DNA of 64,000 bases. Origin: Eledone cirrhosa. Its lineage: Eukaryota. Made by a program: the position numbers and the translations under genes. The notes beneath the pieces were generated by a model. It was not told the origin of the DNA, did no database searches, and was given only the letters and a program-made list of their open reading frames with translations. Positions 13,745 through 28,662 of this stretch are shown here, piece after piece. Positions within the stretch are counted from its first letter, which is position 1, and the number at the start of each line of letters is the position of its first letter. The DNA lies in the NCBI GenBank assembly GCA_964016885.1, contig OZ024748.1, positions 38,874,001 through 38,938,000 of the forward strand, written 5' to 3'.

Positions 13745-14428
13745 TCTGGAGTTAAATAATTGTTTCTACTTTAGGCACAAGGCCAGCAAATACCCAGTGT
13801 ATTACTGGTACTTTATTTTATCGACCCCCGTAAGGATGAAAGGCAAAGTCAACCTCGGCGGGATTTGAACTCAGATAGTAAAGGGACGTAACTATGCTGG
13901 AAAGCATGGCGTCTGAAGTTAAATAATTGTTTCTACTTTTTGGCACAAGGCCAGCAAATACCCAGTACATTACTGGTACTTTATTTTATCGACCCCGTAA
14001 GGATGAAAGGCAAAGTCAACCTCGGCGGGATTTGAACTCAGATAGTAAAGGGACGTAACTATGCTGGAAAGCATGGCGTCTGAAGTTAAATAATTGTTTC
14101 TACTTTTTGGCACAAGGCCAGCAAATACCCAGTACATTACTGGTACTTTATTTTATCGACCCCGTAAGGATGAAAGGCAAAGTCAACCTCGGCGGGATTT
14201 GAACTCAGATGGTAAAGGGACGTAACTATGCTGGAAAGCATGGCGTCTGAAGTTAAATAATAGTTTCTACTTTTTGGCACAAGGCCAGCAAATACCCAGT
14301 ACATTACTGGTACTTTATTTTATCGACCCCGTAAGGATGAAAGGCAAAGTCAACCTCGGCGGGATTTGAACTCAGATGGTAAAGGGACGTAACTATGCTG
14401 GAAAGCATGGCGTCTGGAGTTAAATAAT
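13745..14428 (-). mobile_element. Tandem array of 4 x 167-bp units, each a 5'-truncated SINE plus its TSD
   Basis: TCTG(G/A)AGTTAAATAAT recurs at 13745, 13912, 14079, 14246 and 14413 with SINE sequence in between. Confidence 0.92.
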
Positions 14429-14789
14429 GGTTTGTGATTTAGGCAGACGGCCAAGCATTTGTTGTGGCGGTGGTGGTGGTGGTAGTAGAAGGGGTAACTT
14501 GATTATATCGGTCCCAATATGTGACCCCGAAAGGAGGAAAAGCAAAGTTGACCTCGGCGAGATTTGAAACCCAAAACACAATATCGCAATCGTTCTCCAT
14601 GTTTGGGGCCAAATGATAAATGAATAAAAATCAGCACCAACAGAGTCCCTCCACACATCACCCCACCCTCGAGTGATATGTGTAATTTAGGGGGACTAAC
14701 TAGGTGGGGTGGGGGTGGTATATAGAGTATAAAGGCAGAAGGCAGGTCGACCCACTTTCTGTCTACTACGTTGATTAACATCCTCAGGC

Positions 14790-14886
<97 letters not shown>

Positions 14887-14924
14887 GTATATACACAGAC
14901 ATAGTAATAATTACATGTATAATT

Positions 14925-14958
<34 letters not shown>

Positions 14959-14974
14959 AATATAGACGTAGTAA

Positions 14975-15043
<69 letters not shown>

Positions 15044-15505
15044 AGAGAGAGAGAGAGGGGGGAGTAATAATTACATGTATAATTATATATATGTATATAT
15101 ACATACAGGCGTAGTAATAATTATATATATATATATGAGTATATGTAAATATATATTCATATTACTCAAATATAGGCATTGGTAATGAGTGCATATAATT
15201 AAATATATAAATATATACATAAGTATGCGTATAAATAATAATGCATATAAGTGATAACATATAATTATATATTTATGTATCTGTCTATTTATGTATCTGT
15301 CTGCCTATCGTAGCCGATGGCAACTTCTTTTTTTGTCTGTGTTTTTACCTTATTTTATCAACTATTTCACAGCATCACCTCACATAGCACACCATTCTTT
15401 ATATACTCCGTCCGAAACTGTAATAATTTCCAGAGGTTGACTGATGAGATGGGACAGTCCGTCTTTTCGTTGTTTTTTCTATTGTCTTTGTCCTGTGTGT
15501 TCCCT

Positions 15506-15612
15506 ACACAAACACACAATACTGACCTAAGATAAATATAAATAAACATACACACAGGTACAATAACAACAACCACACATAAACACACACTAGTGAACAA
15601 AGATAGAATACA
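15506..15612 (+). mobile_element. Fragment homologous to the ORF end/3' UTR of the Penelope-like element at 54082-56482
   Basis: ACTGACCTAAGA..CACAATAACAAC..ATAAACACACACTAGT..AAAGATAGAATACA matches ~55935-56058. Confidence 0.65.
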
Positions 15613-15621
15613 AACACACAC

Positions 15622-15925
15622 ATTAGAACGTCAGATAGAATGCTTTATGGCATTAGTTTCGGTTCTCTGAGTTCAAATCCCACCAAGGTCATCTTCGCCA
15701 TTCATCCATTCTAAGTCGATAAAGAAAATACCAGTCAAGTACTGGGGTAGAATCTTTTTCTCTATCTCTTTCTCACATCCATTCTTTCTATCCTTCTCTG
15801 GAAGAAATGTGCTGTATTCAGGCCGGCGGGTTGGGGGGGGGGAGATGGGCTCCACCAGGTTTTAAAATGCCTTAAGACACACCATATGTCAATACGGTGC
15901 CTCTACGATTTTCTCAAAAGTTACA
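15622..15925 (+). mobile_element. Diverged long-tail SINE subfamily copy
   Basis: GAGTTCAAATCCCACCAAGGTC..GTCGATAAAGAAAATACCAG core; tail ACACCATATGTCAATACGGTGCC. Confidence 0.7.
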
Positions 15926-16012
15926 GGTCTATCTCTCTGTTCCTCTCTCTCTATATATATATATGTGTGTGTGTGTGTATGTGTGTGTGTGTCTGTGTGT
16001 CTGTGTGTGTGT

Positions 16013-16318
16013 ATCCCGGGTTCAATCGGGGGTAACCACAATAAATAAGGTACTCAATACATAGCAGAGTATAAATAATTGTTTCTACTTTTGGCACAAG
16101 GCCAGCAATTATCCCAGTGTATTACTGGTACTTTATTTTATCGACCCCGTAAGGATGAAAGACAAAGTTAACCTCGGCGGGATTTGAACTCAGTCCGTAA
16201 AGCAGAGTATAAATAATATTATATAGAAATGGCTTCTACAGGTCTAGAGCTGTTTCATTCGGAGGAAATCATCCTGATGATTTCCTCCAAATGAAACAGT
16301 TCTAGTCCTGTAGAAGCC

Positions 16319-16322
<4 letters not shown>
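16013..16322 (-). mobile_element. Fold-back cassette (16227-16322) containing a hammerhead-like core; tail on the left interrupted by a SINE
   Basis: AAATGGCTTCTACAGG..GGAGGAAATCATC|CTGATGATTTCCTCC..CCTGTAGAAGCCATTT; CTGATGA at 16274-16280 and GAAA at 16293-16296. Confidence 0.8.
16080..16200 (-). mobile_element. 5'-truncated SINE with 17-bp TSD
   Basis: AGCAGAGTATAAATAAT at 16063-16079 and 16201-16217. Confidence 0.92.
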
Positions 16323-16374
<52 letters not shown>

Positions 16375-16381
<7 letters not shown>

Positions 16382-16609
16382 TAAAAGGAATTCCAACTTT
16401 GTCTGATTTACTCGTTTTATTTACAATCCTTTAAATTTATAATGGTATTAGAATGAAATAGTATGGTAGAATATTAAATGTTAAGTGTTCAATTAACACT
16501 TAACATTTAATATTCTACCATACTATTTCATTCTAATAACATTATAAATTTAAAGGATTGTAAATAAAACGAGTAAATCAGACAAAGTTGGAATTCCTTT
16601 TATTAATAT
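16375..16609. repeat. Near-perfect palindrome (~115-bp arms, ~5-nt loop) next to (TA)n
   Basis: TATTAATAAAAGGAATTCCAAC...TTAAGTGTT CAATT AACACTTAA...GTTGGAATTCCTTTTATTAATA. Confidence 0.9.
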
Positions 16610-16642
16610 AATCTTCTATACACAATCATACACACCCGTGTA

Positions 16643-16788
<146 letters not shown>

Positions 16789-16830
16789 AATGCGAAGTAG
16801 TTTCATATATATATATATATTTATATATAT

Positions 16831-17355
<525 letters not shown>

Positions 17356-18209
17356 ATTCGATTACTGAGATTATTTTCTGTTTCTATTCTGAGTTTCCCG
17401 ATTGTTCGTTGATCAAGAAATGATTTGATTGAATTATCGATATTCTCAAGACATTTTCTTCCAATAATAACCCAGGACGATTTTTTGTTGTTTCATATCC
17501 TGATGTATTTTCCTTCCTCTGAGATAAAAAGAATTCAGAATCCAAACGTTTGAAAACTAACTCGTATTTCCCAACATTAAAAACTAGATGTGGGTGTGTG
17601 TGGGAGGTGGAGTAGATATTTATCTCTTTCTAGAATACCATTAAATTATGTTTCAAAACAGCCTGAATGTCAAAACTTGGTGGTTCTTCTCTTTTGTTTG
17701 TCTTTTGTTTTTGTTTTTGTTTTTGTTTTTGTTTTTTGGAAGTTTTTTTCGGTTTTGTTTTGCTTTCTGGATGTTGTGGAAACTAAATCGTTTCTTAAAC
17801 TTCTGAAAATATTCAGAACTAACAAATATTTCAGTCACTTTATAAGTTTCATCTTTCAACCAATGAAATATATCTAACGCCTTTTTTTTTTATTATTTTT
17901 TACTGGATAATGTATTTGGTGAGTCCCGGGTGACATTCTGGCATATCATCCACCCAAACACTTGACATTTTCTCCATTTTCTCCATATTTTTACTGCATG
18001 TCGGCCATGTTGGTTTAGAAGCGTTCCGCTCACTTAATGTTAACATGGCCACTTTTCTTATGTCAGACATATTCGTTGCTTGATGTTGTTTGTTTGTTAT
18101 TTTTAAGTTAATAGTACAAGTCCTAGTGGTTCCGCATCAACACTTATTTTACACTATTTTCTAGTTTAGTATTTAAATATAATGTTTTACAGGGAAGTGA
18201 CGACATACT

Positions 18210-18250
<41 letters not shown>

Positions 18251-18436
18251 ACAGGGAGAAAGAGACGATTATTAGGAAGAAAAATATTTTTTTTTCCTTT
18301 TTTATTTCTCTCTCTCTTTTTTCTGGGTTAGAAAATGATTAAAACGAAATGTTTTACTTTGTGTGAAATGTTAAGGTATTAGTTGATTTATTAATTAATT
18401 AACAATGGCATTTATATATATATATGTGTGTGTATG

Positions 18437-18887
<451 letters not shown>

Positions 18888-18895
18888 ACTTTAAG

Positions 18896-19234
18896 GCAGA
18901 GTCGTCGGTTAGAATGCTTTATAGTATTCGTTCCGGCTCTCTGCTGTTTGAGTTCAAATCCCGCCAAGGTCAACTTTGCCTTTCATCCTTTCTAGGTCGA
19001 TAATAAAAGTACCAGTCTGGTACTGAGGGTAGATTCTTCCTCTATATCTCTTTCTCATTTCCCCTCTCTCTCTCTCTCTCTCTCTCTCACTTTCTATCTT
19101 TCTCTGAAAGAAATCTGCTATACTCAGGCCTGGAAATGAGATGGGATCTTCCAGGCTTAACATGCCCAAAGAAACACCGTATGTCAATACGGTGCCCCTA
19201 CGCCTCTATCAGGAGTTCTGGGACCATACTATAC
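18896..19234 (+). mobile_element. Long-tail SINE with 15-bp TSD
   Basis: ATATTGTACTTTAAG at 18881-18895 and 19235-19249; B-box GAGTTCAAATCC and SINE core inside. Confidence 0.85.
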
Positions 19235-19477
19235 ATATTGTACTTTAAGAAGTTCTGAGATTGTTATACAAGTAACATGGTGTAGCTGACACTAGAGAAC
19301 ACTAGAGAAGACCAAAGCAAACCAAGTGTGACGGATTTCTGTTTGGTGGTGTGTTCGGTAATAGAACAACGATATAGGTCCTTCAAAAGTGGTGGTACAT
19401 TGGAATAAGAACCTCCAGTGTCGACCAAACTGCGAGAAGGTTCTGTCTTTGACTTTTTTTTTATTGTTTTCGTTATA

Positions 19478-19595
19478 ATTGTTTCTACTTTTGGCACAAG
19501 GCCAGCAATTACTCAGTACATTACTGGTACTTTATTTTATCGACTCCATAAGGATGAAAGGCAAAGTTAACCTCGACGTGATTTGAACTCAGACT
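19478..19595 (-). mobile_element. 5'-truncated SINE
   Basis: Reverse complement of the SINE 3' half, flanked by GTTATAAT on both sides. Confidence 0.85.
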
Positions 19596-19827
19596 GTTAT
19601 AATGAGATTTCATTGACAGAAGATACGTGAGATATGCTACTGGTATCGTGGCAGACATTAATACACACATGTATATCTCTTTCTTCTTCATTTCGTTTTT
19701 GGGGGTGGTGGGGGAGCTTCTTGTCCTCCCTTTCCTATGTGTGTGAATGCATACATACATATACATACACACATACATACATACATACGCATACACACAT
19801 ACGTACATACAAACACACACACACACA

Positions 19828-19870
<43 letters not shown>

Positions 19871-20019
19871 CACTAGAAGCCATTTCTATATTAAACACAC
19901 ACCTACACACTCACACACACACACACTCACACACACAGCACGTGAAAATTGGTGAATCTCAGTTTGAATTAAATTTATATGAAGCAGAAACGGCTAATTA
20001 GTGCCAGCTAAGTTGTCTG

Positions 20020-20870
20020 TGTGTTGAGTATGTGTGTGTGAGTGCGACTATGTGTGTGTGTGAATGTGAATATGTGTGTGTGTGTGCGTGCGTATGTATG
20101 TATGAGTGTGTAGATATGTTTGTGAGTGTGAGTGAGAGTATGTGTGTGTGAGTGCGAGTATGTGTGTGTGAATGTGAATATGTGTGTGTGTGTGTGAATG
20201 TGAATATGTGTGTGTGTGTGAATGTGAATATGTGTGTGTGTGTGAATGTGAATATGTGTGTATGAGTGTGTAGATATGTTTGTGAGTGTGAGTGAGAGTA
20301 TGTGTGTGTGAGTGCGAGTATGTGTGTGTGAATGTGAATATGTGTGTGTGTGTGTGTGGATGTGAATATGTGTGTGTGTGTGCGTGCGTATGTGTGTATG
20401 AGTGTGTAGATATGTTTGTGAGTGTGAGTGAGAGTATGTGTGTGTGAGTGCGAGTATGTGTGTGTGAATGTGGATATGTGTGTGTGTGAATGTGAATATG
20501 TGTGTGTGTGTGTGCGTGCGTATGTGTGTATGAGTGTGTAGATATGTTTGTGAGTGTGAGTGAGAGTATGTGTGTGTGAGTGCGAGTATGTGTGTGTGAA
20601 TGTGAATATGTGTGTGTGTGTGAATGTGAATATGTGTGTGTGTGTGTGTGCGTGCGTATGTGTGTATGAGTGTGTAGATATGTTTGTGAGTGTGAGTGAG
20701 AGTATGTGTGTGTGAGTGCGAGTATGTGTGTGTGAATGTGAATATGTGTGTGAATGTGAATATGTGTGTGTGTGTGAATGTGAATATGTGTGTGTGTGTG
20801 TGTGTGCGTGCGTATGTGTGTATGAGTGTGTAGATATGTTTGTGAGTGTGAGTGAGAGTATGTGTGTTGT
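20020..20870. repeat. Higher-order TG-rich repeat
   Basis: Blocks such as TATGAGTGTGTAGATATGTTTGTGAGTGTGAGTGAGAGTATG recur every ~130-170 bp. Confidence 0.85.
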
Positions 20871-20926
20871 GTCAGTGTGCTGGTATGTTTATGTGTGAAG
20901 TGATACATGCAAGTCGCTATAATTAT

Positions 20927-21111
20927 TGTTTCTACTATTGGCACAAGGCCAGAAATTACCCAGTACATTACTGGTTTTATTTTATCGACCCCGTAAGGAT
21001 GAAAGGCAAAGTTAACCTCGGCGGGATTTGAACTCAGAATGGCAAGGGCCGTAACTCTATGCGTCAAAGCATGGCGTCCGACCCTCTACCGATACTGCCA
21101 ATCCACCGCCC
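20927..21111 (-). mobile_element. Full-length (~185 bp) tRNA-derived SINE with 15-bp TSD
   Basis: Minus strand GGGCGGTGGATTGGCAGTATCGG (A-box-like)...GAGTTCAAATCC (B-box)...GTAGAAACA; TSD AGTCGCTATAATTAT at 20912-20926 and 21112-21126. Confidence 0.93.
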
Positions 21112-21542
21112 AGTCGCTATAATTATATTGTATATTAATATATAAGTTCGGCACGTATATACAGGTGTGTGTATATGTGTGTGTGTAGATATGTTTATGC
21201 GTAGGTGTGTGTGTGTAAATGTGTGTAGATCTGTTTATGCGTAGGCGTGTGTGTGTGTATGTGTGTAGATCGGTTTATGCGTAGGTGTGTGTGTGGGCAA
21301 ATTGTTATAATTAAATTGTATATGTAAAATTAAACTTATAACTCACATGCATGTGTATGTATGTGTATGTGAGCATGTGTATGTGTGTGTGCACTTACAG
21401 ATGTTTGTGTGTGTATGTCTCAGTGTGTGTGCACACATGTTTGTGTGTGTGTATGTGTGAATGCTCACATATGCATGTACATATATATATACACATACAT
21501 GGATACATACATGCATGCATCCATGCATGCATGTATGCATAT

Positions 21543-22092
21543 ATGATGGCTGCCCCCTCGTTAACAAGTATGGCCATTGCACGTTATACCATTATTTATA
21601 ATTATTAATTAATTCTATCGAGCAATGCCTGTGCGTGAAGATATTTTTTAAAGTGAGGAAAGACTGGGCACTGAGCCAATCCCACTCTCTGAGCGACAGT
21701 AGCTATAACCCGAAAAGAAGAAAAGATCAACATCATCGGTAACTACTGAGCCGCAGGTTTTATATCAGAATTTTCCCAGTTTCCTGAGTTGCCTTCTAGA
21801 AGAATGCCCTGACAAAGGCTAGGAGTCCTTCACTCCCAGTGGTTTAATCGCGCGATCGGTTGTCCAGCCCGACTATTTCTATGTCCCTGTGCATATACAT
21901 ATTCATGCACCCATGTATATACACATATACATACATATGTACATGTGTATATACGTATTTACACACTTTTGAATGTCCGTTGACTCTTATGAGTTCTTCC
22001 GCCCTTTGTCAGGTTTTGTTTTTTGTCCTGTAGGGCGTCCAAAATCACCCTCCTCACCAAGTAAACTTGGTGGGGTTGGCGGTTTAGTCGCC
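21543..22092 (+). mobile_element. Diverged relative of the ~605-bp repeat, opposite orientation
   Basis: Starts ATGATGGCTGCC; AAAAGAAGAAAAGATCAACATCAT and GTCCAAAATCACCCTCCTCACCAAG..TTGGTGGGGTTG..GTTTAGTCGCC match the reverse complement of 9735-10339. Confidence 0.7.
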
Positions 22093-22104
22093 GCACACAC
22101 ACAC

Positions 22105-22181
<77 letters not shown>

Positions 22182-23069
22182 AAATAAATCAATTGGGTAA
22201 AATCCCAGTTCCTCGATATATTAACTCCTTAGCAGAGGACACATAGCATAATTTTTTTTAATTATATAAATACAATAGTGGCGGTAGAACTGGAGAGAGG
22301 CAGAGGGGACATGCCCCTTCCCCCCAATAATTATATTTTCTCCCCAAACTACCAAAACACATCTATCAGGAGATCTGCTACAATTTATCTGCATGTTATG
22401 TTTATCTCATATCGAGGTTTTCTGACCATTTTACAGTGTAAAGAGTTAAACTAATCACAACTAAATTGTCCAAATTTCCCCCCAATTCAGAAATACCCTC
22501 CACCGCCCCTGTACAATATGTGTGTATATGAGGGGGTGGGGTGTATTACTCTGCCTTCCCCTACCTTAAACAACCCCTATATAATATATACAAAATCTCT
22601 AAATATCTGTTCAGGAAGATAATAAAGGGACACACGTATAAGAGAGCCTTAGGAAACTTACAGTGTGTATGTATATATATATATGTATATATATGTGTGC
22701 GTAAAAAAAGTATATATGCATGTGTGTGTACATATAAATGTGTCTGCGTGTATGTATGTATATATATATGTGTGCGTGTATGTGTATAAAATATATATAT
22801 ATATATACATGTTTGTGTATATATATATATAAAAATATGTGGTGAGTGTGCGCACGTCTATGCATATATATATATATATGTGTGTGTATAAAATATATAC
22901 ATATGTGTGTGTATGAGGGTTTGTATAAGACACTAAGTGACCCCTTTTTTAGGGGTCGTATATATTATGAAGGAGGGTGGGTGTGGAAGGGGTAATATGA
23001 AGGTGTCAACAACAAATCTGCTACACCTGTTCAACAGATATAAACACCTTCTTTACTCTCTCTATCTCT

Positions 23070-23320
23070 GTATATATATATATGTGTATATATATATATA
23101 TGTGTGTATAAATATATATGTGTGTGTGTATATATATATATATATATGTGTGTATATATATATATATATGTGTGTGTATATATATATGTGTGTGTGTGTA
23201 TATATATATATTTGTGTATATATATATATATATATATATTTGTGTATATATATATATATATGTGTGTATATATATATATATATGTGTGTATATATATATA
23301 TATATGTGTGTATATATATA

Positions 23321-23387
<67 letters not shown>

Positions 23388-23610
23388 GTGTATATATATA
23401 TATGTGTGTGTGTGTATATATATATGTGTGTGTGTGGATATATATATATATATGTGTGTATATATATATATATATATGTGTGTATATATATATATATATA
23501 TGTGTGTGTATATATATATATGTGTGTGTGTGTATATATATATGTGTGTGTGTGGATATATATATATGTGTGTGTGTGTGTATATATATGTATGTGTGTG
23601 TGTATGTGTG

Positions 23611-23691
<81 letters not shown>

Positions 23692-23760
23692 GTGTGTATA
23701 TATATATATGTGCGTGTGTGTGTGTGTTTGTATATATATATGTGTGTGTATATATATATA

Positions 23761-23807
<47 letters not shown>

Positions 23808-23858
23808 ATGTGTATATATATATATATATATGTGTGTATGTGTGTGTATATGTATATA

Positions 23859-23901
<43 letters not shown>

Positions 23902-23906
23902 CTGTA

Positions 23907-23947
<41 letters not shown>

Positions 23948-24075
23948 GTGTGTGTGTGTATATAGATATGTATATGTAACTATATGTATATACATATATA
24001 TGTATGTATGTATGTGTGTATGTATGTATATGTGTGTGATTGTATATATGTGTGTGTGTGTGAGTGTGTATGTAT
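23070..24075. repeat. Compound (TA)n(TG)n microsatellite
   Basis: Directly visible. Confidence 0.95.
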
Positions 24076-24133
24076 ATGTGTATGTACATGATGAATGTAT
24101 ATACGCATATAAAACTTTCATATTTTCCTACAT

Positions 24134-24517
24134 TTGGCAGTATCGGTAGAGGGTTGGACACCATGCTTTCCAGCATAGTTACGTCCCTTTACGATCTGAG
24201 TTCAAATCCCGCCGAGGTTGACTTTGCCTTTCATCCTTATGGGGTCGATAAAATAAAGTACCAGTAATGCACTGGGTAATTGCTGGCCTTGTGCCTAAAA
24301 AGTAGAAACAATTATATATATATTTATAGGGCGGAGGCTTGGCAGTATCGGTAGAGAGTCGGACGCCATGATTTGACGCATAGAGTTACGGCCCTTGCCA
24401 TTCTGAGTTCAAATCACGCCGAGGTAAACTTTGCTTTCATCCTTACGGGGTCGATAAAATAAAGTACCAGTAATGCACTGGGTAATTGCTGGCCTTGTGC
24501 CTAACGTAGAAACAGTT
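24134..24517 (+). mobile_element. Two head-to-tail SINE copies (~24134-24315 and ~24329-24517)
   Basis: Both have TGGCAGTATCGGTAGAG, GAGTTCAAATC, the core and the GTAGAAACA end. Confidence 0.9.
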
Positions 24518-24584
24518 ATATATATATATATAACATTTTGTACTGCACTCTTCGCTTTGTTTTTGTTTGCTGTTTGGTGGTTTA

Positions 24585-24615
<31 letters not shown>

Positions 24616-24620
24616 CACAC

Positions 24621-24771
<151 letters not shown>

Positions 24772-25061
24772 CTGAGCCAGTGTAAGTCCTATAACAGGTG
24801 CTGACACTAGTTTCAAGGGAGGTGATGACAGCACCAGATAACGTGCAAAGACTGACGTGAACCTACGTCTCTATATATTACAGTATGGAATAATATACTT
24901 GGTGGATCTCCGTCGGAAGCGACGGTGAGTGTCCTAGTTGATTAAACAACAGAACTGTCTAATGGTGATATTTAACATTCGTGTGATGGACACACCCAGC
25001 GCCTCTACATACACACACCCACCACCTCTACATACACTTCATCTATACACACACACACACA

Positions 25062-25136
<75 letters not shown>

Positions 25137-25322
25137 CATCTACTCACACACACAAACACACGTACACACACACATATAAACACGCACACGTACACACACG
25201 TACATATTTCGAAGTGTGTTTACATCTTGAAACCGGTGGTAGTGCAAGGTACAGTCAAAGTATTAATATAAACACTCAACATTAAGTGTTGATTGTATTT
25301 TTCTTTCTCTTGTACAGACACC

Positions 25323-25409
<87 letters not shown>

Positions 25410-25573
25410 AATCATGTCTTTAGAATCATCAGATATTAAAATATATACTATTTCTTCTTCTAATTAGCATAATTAACCATATAAAAAATCAATCAGAACA
25501 AGCTATAAGAATAAATGCTCTTATGGGGAAATCTCCGATAAATAACCGAACGTATATATATATATATATATAT

Positions 25574-25651
<78 letters not shown>

Positions 25652-25678
25652 CACTTATATGGGCGCGCACACACACAC

Positions 25679-25709
<31 letters not shown>

Positions 25710-25981
25710 CATAAATACACATTCACATGTAATACCGTGTATATATATGTGTGTGTGTGTATGTGTGTGTGTAATTCATAGGAAGACCAGTCAGTATTGA
25801 ATGTTGATCATAGTTAACAAATATTAATTCTTTTAACGATAAGGAATAGTGTTATTATGTAGCAAGAGAAATATTGTTTTTTCACCACACATTTGGCCAT
25901 CTTCAGAGATGCTATAGGAAAGCTTGTCACTTGATACGATTATGAACGTCTCTTTCTATCTCTTCATCTATCTTTAGTCAC

Positions 25982-28491
25982 GTTAGAAAAAAACAAAACT
26001 GAAAAGGAACTGGTAGCTAAAGTAGAAGAGGCACTTAGGAATGGCAGTACAGCTGACGTGCTAGCGGCGAGAACGGCACTAGACCAGTTCTTCAACGTGA
26101 AATACGAAGGTTGTATTGTCAGAAGTAGAACACGTGCTCTAAGAAACGAGGCAGCCAAAGCCGTTACCTGGGCCCGACAGACAGAGGCGAAAGTGACAAC
26201 AAATCCACAATTCGGTCTTTGCAAGACACAGATGGACGCATTATACTTGAATCTAAGCAGATGTGCACGGACTTCCAGCAGCATTTTACACAACTGTTCG
26301 GGCAAAGCGGAACGTCGGGCGAGGTGATGGACTTCAGCTCCTACCTCGACGGCGTACCGCGACTCTCGAACACGGATGCAGAGAGCTGCGAAAGGCCGAT
26401 CACAGCGGGCGAAATAGAAGATGCCCTAGGCCGCTGCGGTAAACGCAAATCACCCGGTTTCGATGGTCTACACTATGAGTTTTACATAGGCATGCCAGAC
26501 TTGTTCTCTGGTGTCCTCGAAGCGGTCTACTGCAACTGGCAGCAGAACGGGAGGATTCCAAGTTCGGTAGGCAGAGGCGTAGTAACGCTGATCAGGAAAG
26601 ATGAGAACAAGGGGGATGAGATAAGCAATTTCAGGCCCATAACTCTGCTCAACACAGAGTTAAAGATTTTGGCCAAGGTGTTAGCAGCGAGGCTGGCGCT
26701 TTTCGTCGAGAACCTGGTAGGGGAAGCCCAAACATGTGCAATCCCGACCAGATCCATACACGACAACCTCCATCTCATGCGATACATCATAGAGCGGGTA
26801 GAGTGTAAACCTGGCTTCGGTGGGGCTCTAATCAATTTAGATCAGTCTAAGGCATTTGATAGGGTCGACCATCAATACTTGGAAGCGGTTCTCAAGGCGG
26901 CCGGCTTCGGTCCCGTCTTCAGAGGCTGAATCGCTGCTATGCACACCAGCATCTGCTCGGCAGTCAAGGTGAATGGCTACCTATCAGAGCCATTCCAAAT
27001 CATGCGTTCCATCCGTCAGGGATGCCTTCTCCCCTCCATTCTGTACGTACTGACTCTCGAACCGTTACTGCGGAAGTTGGGACTGTTGCAGGGCATCCCA
27101 AGCGAACCAGGACTGCAGAAAGCAGCATCGCCCTATGCCGATGACATAACCGTAATGGTGTCGAAAACCTCGGAAATCGGGGTAATCAGCAACCTATTAC
27201 AGGAATACGAAACGTTGACAAGAGCACGACTAAACCCAAACAAGTCTGTCGGTTTTCAACTCGGCACTTGGAAAAGTAAACCCATGCCTTCCGACAGTGT
27301 CGTTAGACGCTGGACGGAAGGACCGGTGAAATTGCTCGGAGTCTTGTTTGGTCCAGACCTCCAGGTGGATAAGAACTGGAACGAGGTAACTGCGAAGGTA
27401 TTTGCATTCACCCAGAAGTGGGCTGAGTGCAAACTCTCCTTGAAAGGTCGAAGCGGAGGTAGCGAACACTTACATAGCGTCCGTCATCTACTACCGCTTG
27501 ATAGTCGTGCCTTGCCCCCGCGAATACCTTACCAAAATGGAACGCCTACTCTTCAAGTTCCTCTGGAAGAAACAGACTCCATTGGTGAGGAGATCCATCT
27601 GCTGTAAACACCCTTCTAACGGAGGGCTGGGCATGCCGTGGTTGATGATGCGCAAACACGCGCTGAGGCTACGCCATCTCCAGGTATTCCTGACCGGTGA
27701 ACCGGTGTGGCTGTCGTTTGTGAGACAAGCTCTTTCACAATTCGTCTCACTAACAGAGCTGCAGTCCTGGGTCAAGCGAAGACCGAAAATGGGTGCCTGG
27801 CACCTCGAGTGCCTACAGGCGCTCACAGCCCTCTACCAAGCGGAAACGGCAATCAGCGGAGACTCCACTTTGACATTCTATAAGGGATTAGTGGAGGATA
27901 AGTGCGAGGACGTTCTCGGGGAAACTCTATGCATCGAGGATGACGAACTGACCAGTCTGTTCGGGAGGACTTTCCGTCCAGGGCCTATGGATAACTCCCA
28001 GAGGTAACTGGCCTGGCAGTGTTACCGAGGAGCTCTACCAGTTCGAGACAAAATCTACAGGCACGGCGTCCTGGCAGAGATCATGCGAGCAGGACATTGA
28101 AACCGTTCTGCACGCAATTGTTCAGTGCCCAGGGGTGACCGACCTGTGGAATTATGTCGAACAGCTGCTGTCACGTGTGGGACGCATCCAGTTGTCAGCC
28201 GAGTCCATTGTGAGGATGACCCCGCCGCCTTCATTTAAGAATAAAGGAGAGTCGGTCTTCCTCTGTCTGGTGGCTATGGCGAAAGAGGTAATATGGTGGA
28301 CGAGGTTAAAAGGACTGAGGGCAAGCACCTTGCTCACCCGACAACAACTCATCCCCTTCTTTAAGTACCACTTCAGAAGGAAGGTGAGAGTGGAGAGAGA
28401 GGTGCTACACCCCAGTAAATTCGCTGAAAGATGGGTGAATGTGGCGAAAATGGCCCGAGTGAATGGGCCTTCTCGGTATATAAACCTGTAG
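25982..28491 (+). pseudogene. Disrupted ORF2 reverse transcriptase of the Tx1-like LINE
   Basis: Motifs KSPGFDG, NFRPITLLNTELKILAKVLA, LDQSKAFDRVDH, IRQGC, YADD, GGLGMP. Broken by frameshifts (~26210, ~27450), stops (26927, 28005) and a deletion in the zinc knuckle (~28080). The endonuclease domain is lost by truncation. Confidence 0.93.
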
Positions 28492-28662
28492 GTTGAGGAA
28501 GATAAACAGAGGGAAGACAGGAACACCTACAAAACGTGTTCCTGGTGTTGAGGATTGTTCTATCCACAGGGTGTAAAACAACCCTGCAATAACTTTCCCC
28601 CCTATTGGGGATTTCAATTGTTATTTTATTATATATATATTTTATTATTATTTATTAATGTT

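Noticed and set aside
17901-18070. Minus-strand short ORF MSDIRKVAML...TKYIIQ as a first exon
   Set aside because: Weak donor, no in-frame downstream exon found and no recognisable homology.
20927-21111. tRNA genes
   Set aside because: A/B-box-like motifs are present but no cloverleaf is evident; these are SINE heads with TSDs.
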